Assembly (NCBI RefSeq): GCF_001194135.2
Contig: NC_068998.1
Coordinates: 10,044,581-10,108,580 of the forward strand
Direction: 5' to 3'
DNA from: Octopus bimaculoides
Taxonomy: Eukaryota
Length of the DNA: 64,000 nt
Part shown: positions 37,210-49,160 of the stretch, piece after piece
Layout: every line of letters starts with the position of its first letter
Position numbering within the stretch: the first letter of the stretch is position 1
Translations under genes and position numbers: made by a program
Notes under the pieces: generated by a model
What the model was told of the DNA's origin: nothing
The model's database searches: none
What the model saw: the letters and a program-made list of their open reading frames with translations, nothing else

Positions 37210-38006
37210 TGTGTGTTTGCGCGGTGTATGTATTCGTACATGTCCGGAGCTTGTACTTTTGTATGAATATTTTATGTCTGTGTGATGTGCATATATTTAC
37301 ACACACACACAGACACAAGCGCGCGCGCAACACAATATACCCGCGTGTGTGTGCGTGCGCGCGTGCATATCAGTATCTTCTAAATGTTTCGCAATATTCG
37401 AAATAAAATACTTCGTTCTAAACGTAATGTTGCTGATGTTGATGTTGTGGTTGTAGCGGTGATGTTGCAGTTGATATATTGTCGTTAAGATTTCATTACA
37501 ATATCATCGTCTCCTTTTTCTCTTTGTGTTTGTGTGTGTATAGATTGTAGCTGTTTTTATTTATTTTAGTTTTTTTCTTGTTTTAGTTTTCCTTATTTTT
37601 CCCTCTATTTTCGGATTCTGGAGATATTGATGAGGTGCAATGTGGGTGTATTGGTGAGGGTTAGAATGTAGTGTGGTTTTGTATTACTGTTCATTAATCT
37701 CTCAAAAATGTTTCTGTTAGCAGAAGTGTGTATGTGCGTGCGTGTGTGTGCGTGCGTGTGTGTGTGCGTGCGTGTGTGTGTGTGTACGTGTGTGTGTGTG
37801 TGTGTGAGTGCGCGTGCGTGAGCATGCTACTGGACAGGAAAAAAACATAATCTCGATCATTGCTACCGCCGAGCCGCCCCCACCACCACTGCTACCATCT
37901 TCTACATAATCTCATCGTCATCATCACCATAAGCATCATCATTATCATCTACATCATTATCTACATCCAATTTATCATCGTTACTACAGTCATCAGGATT
38001 AGCATT

Positions 38007-38038
<32 letters not shown>

Positions 38039-38414
38039 GATAAGAAGAAGAAGAAGATGTAGTAGTGGGGGAGCATCATAGCCACGTGTTGAGAGGAGTT
38101 CTTTGGGATTTGAATAATTCACCTTTGGAAACATGGGTGTTTTGCTCAACATCCTTAAACAAACCTTATTCAGAGACCTTTTGAGCGGGATAGGCTACTC
38201 GATCTGAAGAAAATTCTAACTGGGCCCCACCTGCAAGTCATGAGCGGTTTTTCTTGATATGAGATCACTATGTCGTGCACATATGGTTATGATGCATGTG
38301 CCTGGTGTACCCTTATCAGACCGGTAGTCATGATGGGTATACTGGGCTTCGTATATTTCACCCCAGTGTCACTTTGATGGCATGCACTGCTCTCTCACTC
38401 AATAATAATAATGT

Positions 38415-38628
38415 TTTCAAATTTTGGTACAAAGCAAGCAGCTTCTGGCGAGAGATTAAGTCGATTAAATCGACCCCCAGTGCTCAACTGGTACTTATTT
38501 TATCAACCCCGGAAAGATGAAAGGCAAAGTCGACCTCGGAGGAATTTGAACTCAAAACGTAGTAAAGACACACAAAATCCCGCTAAGCATTTCGCCCGGC
38601 GTAGCCAACAATTCTGCCAGCTCGCTAG
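38415..38628 (-). mobile_element. SINE family A
   Basis: Reverse complement of the family A pattern. Confidence 0.8.
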
Positions 38629-38744
38629 GGGACTAATTGAAAGGGGTTTGAGATCCTGTGTACACTCACAACGACGAATAAACATGGCTTTGACCATGGG
38701 TCAGCTCAGTCGGGATTGACTTGAGACTAAACAACAAGTCCGCT

Positions 38745-38934
38745 CTCATCACCATCATCATCATCATCACCATCACCATCGTCATCATCATCATCATGAT
38801 CATGATCATCATCATCATCATCATCACCACCACAATCACTAAAACGATCACCACTACCGTTATCATCATCATCGTCATCATCATCGTCATCATCGTCATC
38901 ATCATCGTCATCATCATCGTCACCGTCATCATCG

Positions 38935-38966
<32 letters not shown>

Positions 38967-39000
38967 GTCGTCGTCATCATCATCATCACTATCACACCAT
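38745..39000. repeat. Degenerate (ATC)n trinucleotide repeat
   Basis: Direct inspection; source of the poly-Ile and poly-Met ORFs. Confidence 0.95.
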
Positions 39001-39135
39001 TATCCATTGTCGCAGTGTTTATTACACGGCTGAACAGAAGTCATCTAAAATCTACAATAAATATATTGATAGCAACTTATGAATCCCAAAGGACTGAAAT
39101 TCTATCGAGATCCACAGGAATATTTGAACACCAGA

Positions 39136-39137
<2 letters not shown>

Positions 39138-39208
<71 letters not shown>

Positions 39209-39567
39209 NNNNNNNNNNNNNNNNNNNNNNNNNNNNNNNNNNNNNNNNNNNNNNNNNNNNNNNNNNNNNNNNNNNNNNNNNNNNNNNTGGTGGTGGTGAC
39301 ATAGTAGTAGTAGTGGTGGTGGTGGTGACATAGTAGTAGTAGTGGTGGTGGTGGTGACATAGTAGTAGTAGTGGTAGTGGTGGTGGCATAGTAGAAGTAG
39401 TTGTAGTAGTGGTGGTGGCATAGTAGAAGTAGTTGTAGTGGTGGTGGTGGCATGGTAGAAGTGGTTGTAGTAGCAGTGGTGGTGGCATGTTGGAAGTGGT
39501 TGTAGTAGCAGTGGTGGCGGCATGTTGGAAGTGGTTGTAGTAGCAGTGGTGGTGGCATGTTGGAAGT
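39138..39567. repeat. (TAG)n run followed by a TAG/TGG-derived minisatellite (gapped)
   Basis: Units of roughly 24-36 bp, e.g. GGTGGTGGCATGTTGGAAGTGGTTGTAGTAGCAGT. Confidence 0.9.
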
Positions 39568-40018
39568 NNNNNNNNNNNNNNNNNNNNNNNNNNNNNNNNN
39601 NNNNNNNNNNNNNNNNNNNNNNNNNNNNNNNNNNNNNNNNNNNNNNNNNNNNNNNNNNNNNNNNNNNNNNNNNNNNNNNNNNNNNNNNNNNNNNNNNNNN
39701 NNNNNNNNNNNNNNNNNNNNNNNNNNNNNNNNNNNNNNNNNNNNNNNNNNNNNNNNNNNNNNNNNNNNNNNNNNNNNNNNNNNNNNNNNNNNNNNNNNNN
39801 NNNNNNNNNNNNNNNNNNNNNNNNNNNNNNNNNNNNNNNNNNNNNNNNNNNNNNNNNNNNNNNNNNNNNNNNNNNNNNNNNNNNNNNNNNNNNNNNNNNN
39901 NNNNNNNNNNNNNNNNNNNNNNNNNNNNNNNNNNNNNNNNNNNNNNNNNNNNNNNNNNNNNNNNNNNNNNNNNNNNNNNNNNNNNNNNNNNNNNNNNNNN
40001 NNNNNNNNNNNNNNNNNN

Positions 40019-40410
40019 TCTAACTGATGTATCAATACCAGCAGATGACAACGTTTCCCTAAAAGAAATGGAAAAACTTTCAAAATACAAAGACCTGGAA
40101 ATAGAGGTAACTCGAATGTGGAATCTAAAAACAGAAACAATTCCTATCATAGTAGGTGCCTTGGGTATAATAAAAAAATATTCAGACAAATACATAACAC
40201 CAGGACTTACAAATATATATAACATACAGAAAATTGCACTATTGGGCACAGCACACATCCTACGCAAAACACTTTCAATAGAGTAACCATAAGAGCATCA
40301 CAGCAAACCACAGCACATACCCAAGACGCACAGAGCTGCGCTCGGTAGTGAAGTGAAAGCACGTTATAAAAATAAAACTACTGAACAATAGTAATAATAA
40401 TAATAATAAT
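40019..40410 (+). mobile_element. 3' end of an R4/Dong-type (restriction-like endonuclease) non-LTR retrotransposon, ending in (TAA)n
   Basis: 40019-40286 encodes DVSIPADDNVSLKEMEKLSKYKDLEIEVTRMWNLKTETIPIIVGALG, the DxxIP...KYxDL...PI.GALG signature of REL endonucleases. A 3' UTR and a TAA repeat follow. Confidence 0.85.
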
Positions 40411-41156
40411 AAAATAACAAGGTTGGATGGTAACGGCTTGAACCTCTTTGACCACAGTTGCTGACCAGGGGACTAAACAATATCAATAAAATAACAGCTA
40501 TCATCAACAACAATCGATGTTACACCACCACCATCAGAACAATCACCACCACTGTCACCCACATCGCAACAATCACCGGCACCACTAGAGTCATTACATT
40601 TTCCCTTGTTGTCATTACTATCATTATTGTCATCATTCCCATCGTTATCTCCGTCCATTAACGTTATTACAAAACGCTGCAGCTCATTATCTTTATAATC
40701 ATTGCTTAGGAAGAGACGACACCAAGAAAGAGGAGGGAGGAAACAAAAAAAAAACCCAAATAAACAAAATACAATGATTTAGGGTTGAGAGAAAGAGGAA
40801 GGGTGGTGGTGAAATAGAATACAAGAAAAAGAGACAAAAAAAAGCAATAAGAACGATGGTGGCACTGTCCATGGCGGTGGTTGCGGGAAAGGGGCCTTGA
40901 AGTCACGATGAAAACAGCTTAATACTTTCATAATGATAACAATTATTCATTTTAACTCAGCCTTTATCATATATAGGATCAATTAGTTAAATAAATAAAT
41001 GTGCCAAGAAATGACACACCCTTTCTCATTGAGACAGATTAATCAGCTTAATTGACCGGACGTTGGACATCATCAGTGATATGCCGAATAGATAACGATG
41101 TTTGTTTGTCTCATTAAGCAGTTCATTTTTTAAATTTTTCTCCATTATTTAATCAG

Positions 41157-41209
41157 GAGGATGATGAGGAAAGTGTCCATGATCTATCTTCGCAGACTAT
41201 CCGAGATTG
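41157..41209 (+). CDS. 53-nt exon EDDEESVHDLSSQTIRD(TG|)
   Basis: Acceptor tttttctccattatttaatcAG|; donor TTG|GTAAAT; phase 0 to phase 2, compatible with 36435-36461. Confidence 0.65.
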
Positions 41210-41332
41210 GTAAATATTGTTGCGATTGATGAAAGAAAATGAACGTATGAGATACGGCGAATTAATGTCTCGTTTTGTCAAGATTTGCTCAGACGGGAGT
41301 TGACAACGATCGATTCTGCTCTGCCTGAATTC

Positions 41333-41728
41333 TTTACTCTTTTACTTGCTTCAGTCATTTGGCTGCGGCCATGCTGGAGCACCATCTTTAGTCGAGCAAA
41401 TCGACCCCAGGACTTATTCTTTGGAAGCCTATTACTTATTCTATCGGTCTCTCTTTTGCCGAACCGCTATGTTACGGGGACGTAAACACACCACCATCGG
41501 TTGTCAAGCGATGTTGGGGGGACAAACACAGACACGCAAACATATACACACACATACATCTATATACATATATACGACGGGCTTCTTTCAGTTTCCGTCT
41601 ACCAAATCCACTCACAAGGTTTTGGTTGGCCCAAGGCTATAGTAGAAGACACTTGCCAAAGGTGCCACGCAGTGAGACTGAACTCGGAACCATGTGGTTG
41701 GTAAGCAAGCTACTTACCACACAGCCTC
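41333..41728 (-). mobile_element. SINE family B, near full length
   Basis: Reverse complement of the family B pattern. Confidence 0.9.
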
Positions 41729-41861
41729 TCCTACTGTGCAAAGAGAAAAGTGACTAGTGAGTACTCATGTTTTGGCTGCAAGCAGCCGAAATATAAGGCC
41801 GGACAGCTCTCAGTTCCAATTCAGACACTACTTGAAGAAGGTTACTGTTCGGTGCCACTTC

Positions 41862-42045
41862 AACGTGCGGTCTACCTGACCACTCGTGCTTTAGTATGCA
41901 GTCTAACCCTAACCCTAATCTAAACTAACCTTAAGCTCTAAACTTTAACCTTAAATCAAAACTTAAACCCTAACCTTAACCCTAAACTCAACGCAGATCA
42001 GGTCATTTCACAACGTAGACTAATAAACTGCATGCTAGAGTAGCA
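41862..42045 (-). mobile_element. Second copy of the TTAGGG-array element of 7422-7850, with a shorter array
   Basis: Shares both flanks (GCTACT.TAGC.TGCAGT; GACTGCA..CTAAA...GGTAGACCG) around CCCTAA-like units. Confidence 0.7.
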
Positions 42046-43209
42046 TCTACTGCTCTCTCAATAGCCTAATAAACATGTGAAAACAATGAATGATCAAAAC
42101 TTCAGCTGGTTTCACGAGAGTTGCTGCATTACCCGTCTTCTGACTTGCTGGAAGAGGAGCGATCGATAAAGATCAATGCGAAGTAGTAAAGAGTAGCGAA
42201 AATTGAACGATAATAAAAATATAACCAAATGAAACGAAGTTTACGCACGATGTGAGTTGGCAAAAACGGACTGACAGAAACGTACTTCACATTCATGCAG
42301 AAATGGGACTACATTTTATAATGTGGTTCGTTTTAAGTGTGATTTCAGGAAGATTTGACTTCTATTTCTAACAAGCAGGTCGAACTACTACGTAAAGGTG
42401 TCACTGCTAAGTGGTGGTGGTGACAGCGGTGATACTACATAGTATTGACAAGTTGTGTGTGTTACGTCGGTTTTACTCACAGAAGCTGTGTTGTTAATGC
42501 CCATGCAGGCGACAGGTTGTGATGGAGGCGGTTGCGTTGGTGGTGGCGATGGCTGTGTGTGTGTGTGTGTGTATGTAGGAGGAGGAGGGGGAGGAGGAGG
42601 AGAACCATTCCGCTTTGTGTTTCTTATAACATTTTTAATATATATTATGTTATTACATTCAGAAGTTAGGGAGTGCCGTTATTGCAATAATTGTTGTTTG
42701 TCGGCAGATTCCTGTCAATCCACTGTAAACATTCGCGCACGCACGCACATACACACACACACACACACACACCTACATACACATACGTATGTTTGTGTGC
42801 GAGTGCGTGTCTGTGCACAGATATGTATTTTTTTATTTTTATTTCCCCTTTGTCGGCAATTACACGAATTAGTAAACCTCCAAATTATTGTTGTCGCCAC
42901 TAAAATTCCTGTCCGCTCCTCTTCATATAATCCCAATTAAGGACACAAAAACATTCCTTTCCTCTTGGTGAATTTAAAGAATGGAATTTACAGCGTGTTC
43001 TTTTGTTTACATTTTTTCTTTTTCTTTTGGCCTTCTTACAAGATCGATTCTACGTAGATCTATGGTTACAACCATTTTCTACCTACGGACCTCTTTGGTT
43101 CCTATTTTACTCACATGGACCCACATAGGCATTTGATGTTTAAAAGATTTTTGGTGGAGATAAAGAATACGTACACCATCCGTTTTCGGCGTAACAAAAA
43201 CCCCGGGTG

Positions 43210-43502
43210 TACGTATTCCTTACTTTTGCCAGCATCGGTTGTCAAGCGAAGTTGGGGTGACAAACACAGACACACAAACATATACACACACATAAATTAT
43301 ATATATATATACATTATATATATATATATACATATATACGACGGGCTTCTTTCAGTTTCCGTCTACCAAATTCACTCACAAGGCTTTGGTCGGCCCTAGG
43401 GTATAGTAGAAGACACTTGCCCAAGGTGCCACGCAGTGGGACTGAACCCAGAACCATGTGGTTGGTAAGCAAGCTATTTACCACACAGCCACCCCTGCGC
43501 CT
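43210..43502 (-). mobile_element. SINE family B
   Basis: Similarity to family B. Confidence 0.85.
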
Positions 43503-43727
43503 ATTGATGTCTTTCAATATTTTCTCCACATAAACACATTTTATGGAATGATGATGCTGAAGTAACACACACGAAAAAACACAAACAAAAAATATGGTAA
43601 TTTAAATTTTTACCCGCACTCCAAGAGAGGCCGTGTGTGTGTGTGTGTGAGAGAAAGAGGGAGAGAGAGAGAGAGAGAGAGTGAGAACATTTTTCTGAAA
43701 GAAAATTATGCTATCAAAATGTTGTTG

Positions 43728-43850
43728 GCACTCCGTCGCTTACGACGACGATGGTTCCAGTTGATCCAATCAACGGAACAGCCTGCTCGTGAAATTAACG
43801 TGCAAGTGGCTGAGCACTCCACAGACACGTGTACCCTTAACGTAGTTCTC
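43728..43850 (-). mobile_element. SINE family C tail (cut by gap)
   Basis: Similarity to 49838-49960. Confidence 0.85.
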
Positions 43851-44703
43851 NNNNNNNNNNNNNNNNNNNNNNNNNNNNNNNNNNNNNNNNNNNNNNNNNN
43901 NNNNNNNNNNNNNNNNNNNNNNNNNNNNNNNNNNNNNNNNNNNNNNNNNNNNNNNNNNNNNNNNNNNNNNNNNNNNNNNNNNNNNNNNNNNNNNNNNNNN
44001 NNNNNNNNNNNNNNNNNNNNNNNNNNNNNNNNNNNNNNNNNNNNNNNNNNNNNNNNNNNNNNNNNNNNNNNNNNNNNNNNNNNNNNNNNNNNNNNNNNNN
44101 NNNNNNNNNNNNNNNNNNNNNNNNNNNNNNNNNNNNNNNNNNNNNNNNNNNNNNNNNNNNNNNNNNNNNNNNNNNNNNNNNNNNNNNNNNNNNNNNNNNN
44201 NNNNNNNNNNNNNNNNNNNNNNNNNNNNNNNNNNNNNNNNNNNNNNNNNNNNNNNNNNNNNNNNNNNNNNNNNNNNNNNNNNNNNNNNNNNNNNNNNNNN
44301 NNNNNNNNNNNNNNNNNNNNNNNNNNNNNNNNNNNNNNNNNNNNNNNNNNNNNNNNNNNNNNNNNNNNNNNNNNNNNNNNNNNNNNNNNNNNNNNNNNNN
44401 NNNNNNNNNNNNNNNNNNNNNNNNNNNNNNNNNNNNNNNNNNNNNNNNNNNNNNNNNNNNNNNNNNNNNNNNNNNNNNNNNNNNNNNNNNNNNNNNNNNN
44501 NNNNNNNNNNNNNNNNNNNNNNNNNNNNNNNNNNNNNNNNNNNNNNNNNNNNNNNNNNNNNNNNNNNNNNNNNNNNNNNNNNNNNNNNNNNNNNNNNNNN
44601 NNNNNNNNNNNNNNNNNNNNNNNNNNNNNNNNNNNNNNNNNNNNNNNNNNNNNNNNNNNNNNNNNNNNNNNNNNNNNNNNNNNNNNNNNNNNNNNNNNNN
44701 NNN

Positions 44704-45092
44704 GGCTGTGTGGTAAGTAGCTTTCTTACCAACCACATGGTTCCGGGTTCATTCCCACTGCGTGGCACCTTGGGCAAGTGTCTTCTACTATAGCCTCGGG
44801 CCGACCAAAGCCTTGTGAGTGGATTTGGTAGACGGAAACTGAAAGAAGCTCGTCGTATATATGTATATAGATGTATATGTCTTTGTGTGTCTGTGTTTGT
44901 CCTCCCAACATCGCTTGACAACCGACGGTGGTGTGTTTACGTCCCCGTAACTTAGCAGTTCGGCAAAAGAGACCGATAGAATAAGTACTAGGCTTCCAAA
45001 GAATAAGTCCTGGGGTCGATTTGCTCGACTAAAAGGCGGTGCTCCAGCATGACCACAGTCAAATGACTGAAACAAGTAAAAGAGTAAAAGAG
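44704..45092 (+). mobile_element. SINE family B, near full length
   Basis: Similarity to family B; tail GTAAAAGAGTAAAAGAG. Confidence 0.9.
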
Positions 45093-45169
45093 TATACACT
45101 CAATCAACAGGATCTAAACGATATTTGTTGAAAATTTCCTTAAAAAGTATCCATTTTTCTGGAAGTTAT

Positions 45170-45480
45170 GAGGCAATAAAGTCGGAGGAGGGGTACACAT
45201 CTGTAATTATGCCTAATCGACTGCCTCGAAATTGCTGGCCTTGTGCCAAAATTTGAAACCATTATTGATCGGGCAGAATCGTTAACACGCTGAGCAAAAT
45301 GCTTAGTGACATTTCGTCCGATTTAACGTTCTGACCTGAAATTCCTCAGAGGTCGACTTTGCCTTTCATCCTTTCAGAGTTGATAAAAATGAGTACCAGT
45401 TGAGCAATGGGGATCGATGTAATCAGCTTATTTCCTGCCCCGAAATTTCTGGCCTTGTGCTAAAATTTGAAACCATTATT
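45170..45480 (+). mobile_element. SINE family A fragments, diverged
   Basis: GCAGAATCGTTAACACGC...GAGGTCGACTTTGCCTTTCATCC. Confidence 0.7.
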
Positions 45481-45511
45481 GATCGGGAGGTAACTGTGTT
45501 GTGCGACATAT

Positions 45512-45879
45512 GGCGATCTTTCGATACCAGTCAGAAATATCGGCCTTTTCCATAAAAAGTGTCTTCGGCGATCTTTACCAAAGATCGGCCTTTTCCGTAA
45601 AAAGTGTTGGAGAGAAACAGGGAAACGACGTCATAAAAGTGAAAGACATACAGAGAGCGCGATTTATTTTGAAGGGTTTAGGGTTAGGGTTAGGGCTTCG
45701 GTTTTAGGGTTTGGGTTACGAAATTCGGTCCCTAACCAACCCTGACACTAAAACCGTAACCCTAACACCGTAGTGAAGATCGTGCGGGTGTTACAGAAAA
45801 GACCGATCTTTGGTAAAGATCGCCGAAGACACTTTTTACGGAAAAGGCGGATATTAAGGACTCGTATCGAAAGATCGTC
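45512..45879. mobile_element. Foldback MITE with about 88-bp TIRs, 8-bp TSD and inward-facing telomeric repeats; Merlin-like by termini
   Basis: CGACATAT at 45504-45511 and 45880-45887. Ends are GGCGATCTTTCGATAC and reverse-complement GACGATCTTTCGATAC. Centre has TTAGGG units followed by CCCTAA-like units. Confidence 0.8.
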
Positions 45880-46566
45880 CGACATATTAAAAAACTGCAT
45901 GGTATGATTTGAGAGAAATTTCACTGTTATTTCTAACAGACTGAGCGATAGCACAGCGAGCGGTTCACTTTATTGTGCTTAGCAGAAAGTTTTTTGTTCG
46001 TTATACTTTTCGTGGGGATCATTTCTGATAATCAATGCTTCAGCTATTTTTATTACCGATAATGCTATGCCCACCACCACCGCCACCACCATATACACAA
46101 ACTATCCTTTAATAGATTTCTAAACTTCCTTTTTTTCCTTCCTTCCCGGAAATGTTTTGACCGGAAGGAATCGAAATCTCCATGAAACTGCATGTTTTCG
46201 CTTTTGTTTCTGGCTATGAATAATACATATGGACGATCATATTTCATCTCTTTGTCAACGTTGACATGTTTTTTTTTTAATTATTTATTTATCTGCTTAT
46301 TTATTTTGCAATGCTTCAGTATTGGTACATGATATCATTGTCCCCTCACAGACTTCCCTCCTGATATAGATAGAGCAGGCTGAAAAAGAGGGTGAATGAT
46401 ATTGTCTTCTAATACCGACACTTTGTAGACCAATATCGAAGGATCGGATTCTTTTCTTTTTGTTTCAGTCTTTGAACTGCGGTCATAGTGGGACACTGCC
46501 ATGAAAGGTTTTAATCGAACAAATCAACCCGAGTACGTATTTTTATATGACCAAACACTTACATAG

Positions 46567-46756
46567 CTCAGTAGCACAGTATCGACATCGATCTCCCATA
46601 CAAATCACGCTGCTACTCGAGAATAACGAAGTAGACCACGCAGACATCGGTGCAGCTAAACTGCATTCAAGACAGAGATGTGCATCTGCTACAGAAGAGC
46701 TATTTTCAGATCACCAGTATTATAGCTCCTTCTCTGCTCAAAACTATCTATTCTGA
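46567..46756 (+). CDS. Candidate exon of unresolved strand (plus frame SVAQYRHRSP...RQRCASATEELFSDHQ...)
   Basis: GC-elevated unique sequence. The plus frame is phase-2 compatible with 41209; the antisense frame is also open, with its own splice sites. Confidence 0.3.
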
Positions 46757-47762
46757 TGAAGTACGTCTCTCTATAGCTTGGTATTACTTCTGTTACATTT
46801 TTAAGACGGTAAGCCGGCAAAATGATTACTACGTCGGACAGGATGCTTAGTGGCGTTTCTTCTGATTATTTACGTTCTAAATTCCAAATACGTAAAACAG
46901 AGTGATAGACAAATTTTGAAAGACACGAGCACTGACATATATATATATATAGTTCAAAAAAACAATAACAAAAAAACAAAAAAACAACAAAGTGAGGACG
47001 TGATATGGATAGTATTATTGGACGCTCAGGAAAGGAAAGACACGCACACAAACGTGTGTTTGTGTGGTCTACGTACGTCCATATAGGAATATTTATATAA
47101 ATAATACAGAAGATTAAACGGGAGGTGAAATCTTATCAAATAGGCGTTCACTTTACCTATAAAGTATTATAATTAAAATTAAGATAAGTCAGGGCGACTG
47201 TTTTCAACTGAAATTTAGCTGAGGAGAAGTGGAGACAAAAGGAAAGAGAAAGAAGGAGAAAGAAACACACACATACAGACAAAAACAAGCTTACTCTCCA
47301 ATGTCAGCCTGCAAACACATACACAAACTCGCTGAGAGAAAGGAGAGTTTAAGATTATTTCAATATCGCTATTTTTGTAACGACTGAACAAAGGCGAGCC
47401 AGAGCCAACGTAGAAGTCTATATATGGTCTCTTGACCTACAAGAAATAGCAGCCAAATCACGATAGACATCTCGGAACACACGTAAAATCATCATGTACC
47501 CAATATAACTCAAGAAAAACCATTCAAAATTACACGAACCTTATTAAACATAATTAAACCAAAGAAACAAACTTCCGTTGCTGGAGGGGAAGGAATCATG
47601 ATCTGCTAGAAATAACAGCTAAATTTTCAAAATCAAACGCTACGTCTAAAATAAACCATATGAAAGAGAATTACGGGGACGTAAGCACACCAGCATCGGT
47701 TGTCAAGCGATGTTGGGGTAACAAACACAGACACACAAACATACACACACATACATATATAT

Positions 47763-48600
47763 ACAAGGCCAGCAATTATGGGGGTGGGTGGGGTTTATTA
47801 TATATAGTTACAATCCCAGAAAATCCATGAGGTCAATTGCAAAAGATCTCCATGTGTCAGAAGGAACAGTCAGAAGTGTCGTCCACGAAGACATCAGATA
47901 TAAATCTTATATGATGAGGAAAGGTCAATTTGTCAGAAAAGGCAAAAGAAAATCACTACATCAGATTTAAAATACTCTTAAACAAACTGAAAACTCCAGC
48001 AGAAGAATATTTGATTTGGTTTTTCTCAAGCGCGAAAAACTTCGATCAAGATCAAAAAGTTAACAGATGAAATGACATATTGTTATGTGCAGACCCTTCT
48101 GAAGTTTCTGCATACAAAATTCCCTGCAACTGTCATAGTTTTAGGGGTTGTCAGTAATGAAGGACGTGTGATGCCTCCTTACTTCTTTCCACAAGGCCTT
48201 AGAGTTAACTCTGCCGCCTATATTGAGGTCCTGGAAATAATTGTTAAGCCCTGGATAGACAGTGTATGCAATGGAAGGCCATGTGTTTCAGCAAGACTCT
48301 GCACTATCACACATGGCTCTAGTAACACAAGAATGGATGGCTGAAACTTTTCATGATCACATAACCCCTAACATTTGGCCTCCTAATTCCCCATATCTCA
48401 ATCCATTGGACTATTACATGTGGAGCGTTGTTGAGAGGGAGGTCAATAAATATGCCCATAACACCAAAGATTCTACGAAAGCTGCCATAGTCAGAGTAAT
48501 GTCCAAAATGAACCAAGGACCACTTGATTCGAGTATGCAGATGATTTAGATCTCATATAGAAACAGATGATGAAGTTGAAGATGGCTTTATTGAATAACA
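47763..48600 (+). mobile_element. Degenerate Tc1/mariner-superfamily transposase, probably maT (DD37D) type
   Basis: Fragments NPRKSMRSIAKDLHVSEGTVRSVVHEDIRYKSY, TKFPATVIVLGVVSNEGRVMPPYFFPQGLRVNSAAYIEVL and VFQQDSALSH...WPPNSPYLNPLDYYMWS, broken by frameshifts. It begins in the TA run of a family B SINE fragment. Confidence 0.85.
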
Positions 48601-48999
48601 TTATAGAAAAGAAGGTTTATTTTTATCGTCATAGCATTTCTTGATAAATAAATTATTATCTGTTATTGTATGTTTTCTTATAAATATAAATCTGTCCTCA
48701 AATATCTTACATACAAACACACACATATATATAAGGTATTTAATTCCATTCAGCCAAATAGAATACTTATCGTTGAAACTGTGTTGCTACATTCATGAAT
48801 ATGGTGTGGGGGTTAGTAGTAGTAGTAGTAGTATTAGTAGTAGTAGTAGTAGTAGATTCATGAATATTAAAAAAAGCACTATTGAAACAGTGACGTCCGT
48901 AAAACGACTCCTTGACCCCAATCCCGGTTTACCCGTCTGTCCGTCCATCCATTGAAACCATGTTGGATGCAATAAAGCTGAAATAAATTACATCCTTAA

Positions 49000-49129
49000 A
49001 AACCCATTATTTGCATTCATGGCAACAATATTTGCTGCTGTTCTTGTTGTTATTGCAATCATAGCTATATTGCTGGTCAAACTCGTTATCATTAATAGTG
49101 TTTCTTGTTGTTGTTGCTGTTATCATTTA

Positions 49130-49160
<31 letters not shown>

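Noticed and set aside
38666-39488. Poly-Ile, poly-Met, His/Tyr/Pro-rich and reflectin-like-looking ORFs
   Set aside because: They are translations of ATC, TAG and TGG repeats; no reflectin motif or splice context is present.
10865-41209. Assigning the micro-exon protein to the SLC26 or P-type ATPase family from loose N-terminal resemblance
   Set aside because: The similarity is only impressionistic and no transmembrane or catalytic exon was found; no gene symbol is given.
42340-42410. 13/16-nt micro-exon candidate
   Set aside because: It lies in a dispersed repeat (TTTAGCTGCTATTTCTAGC-like, also near 835, 1090 and 29420).
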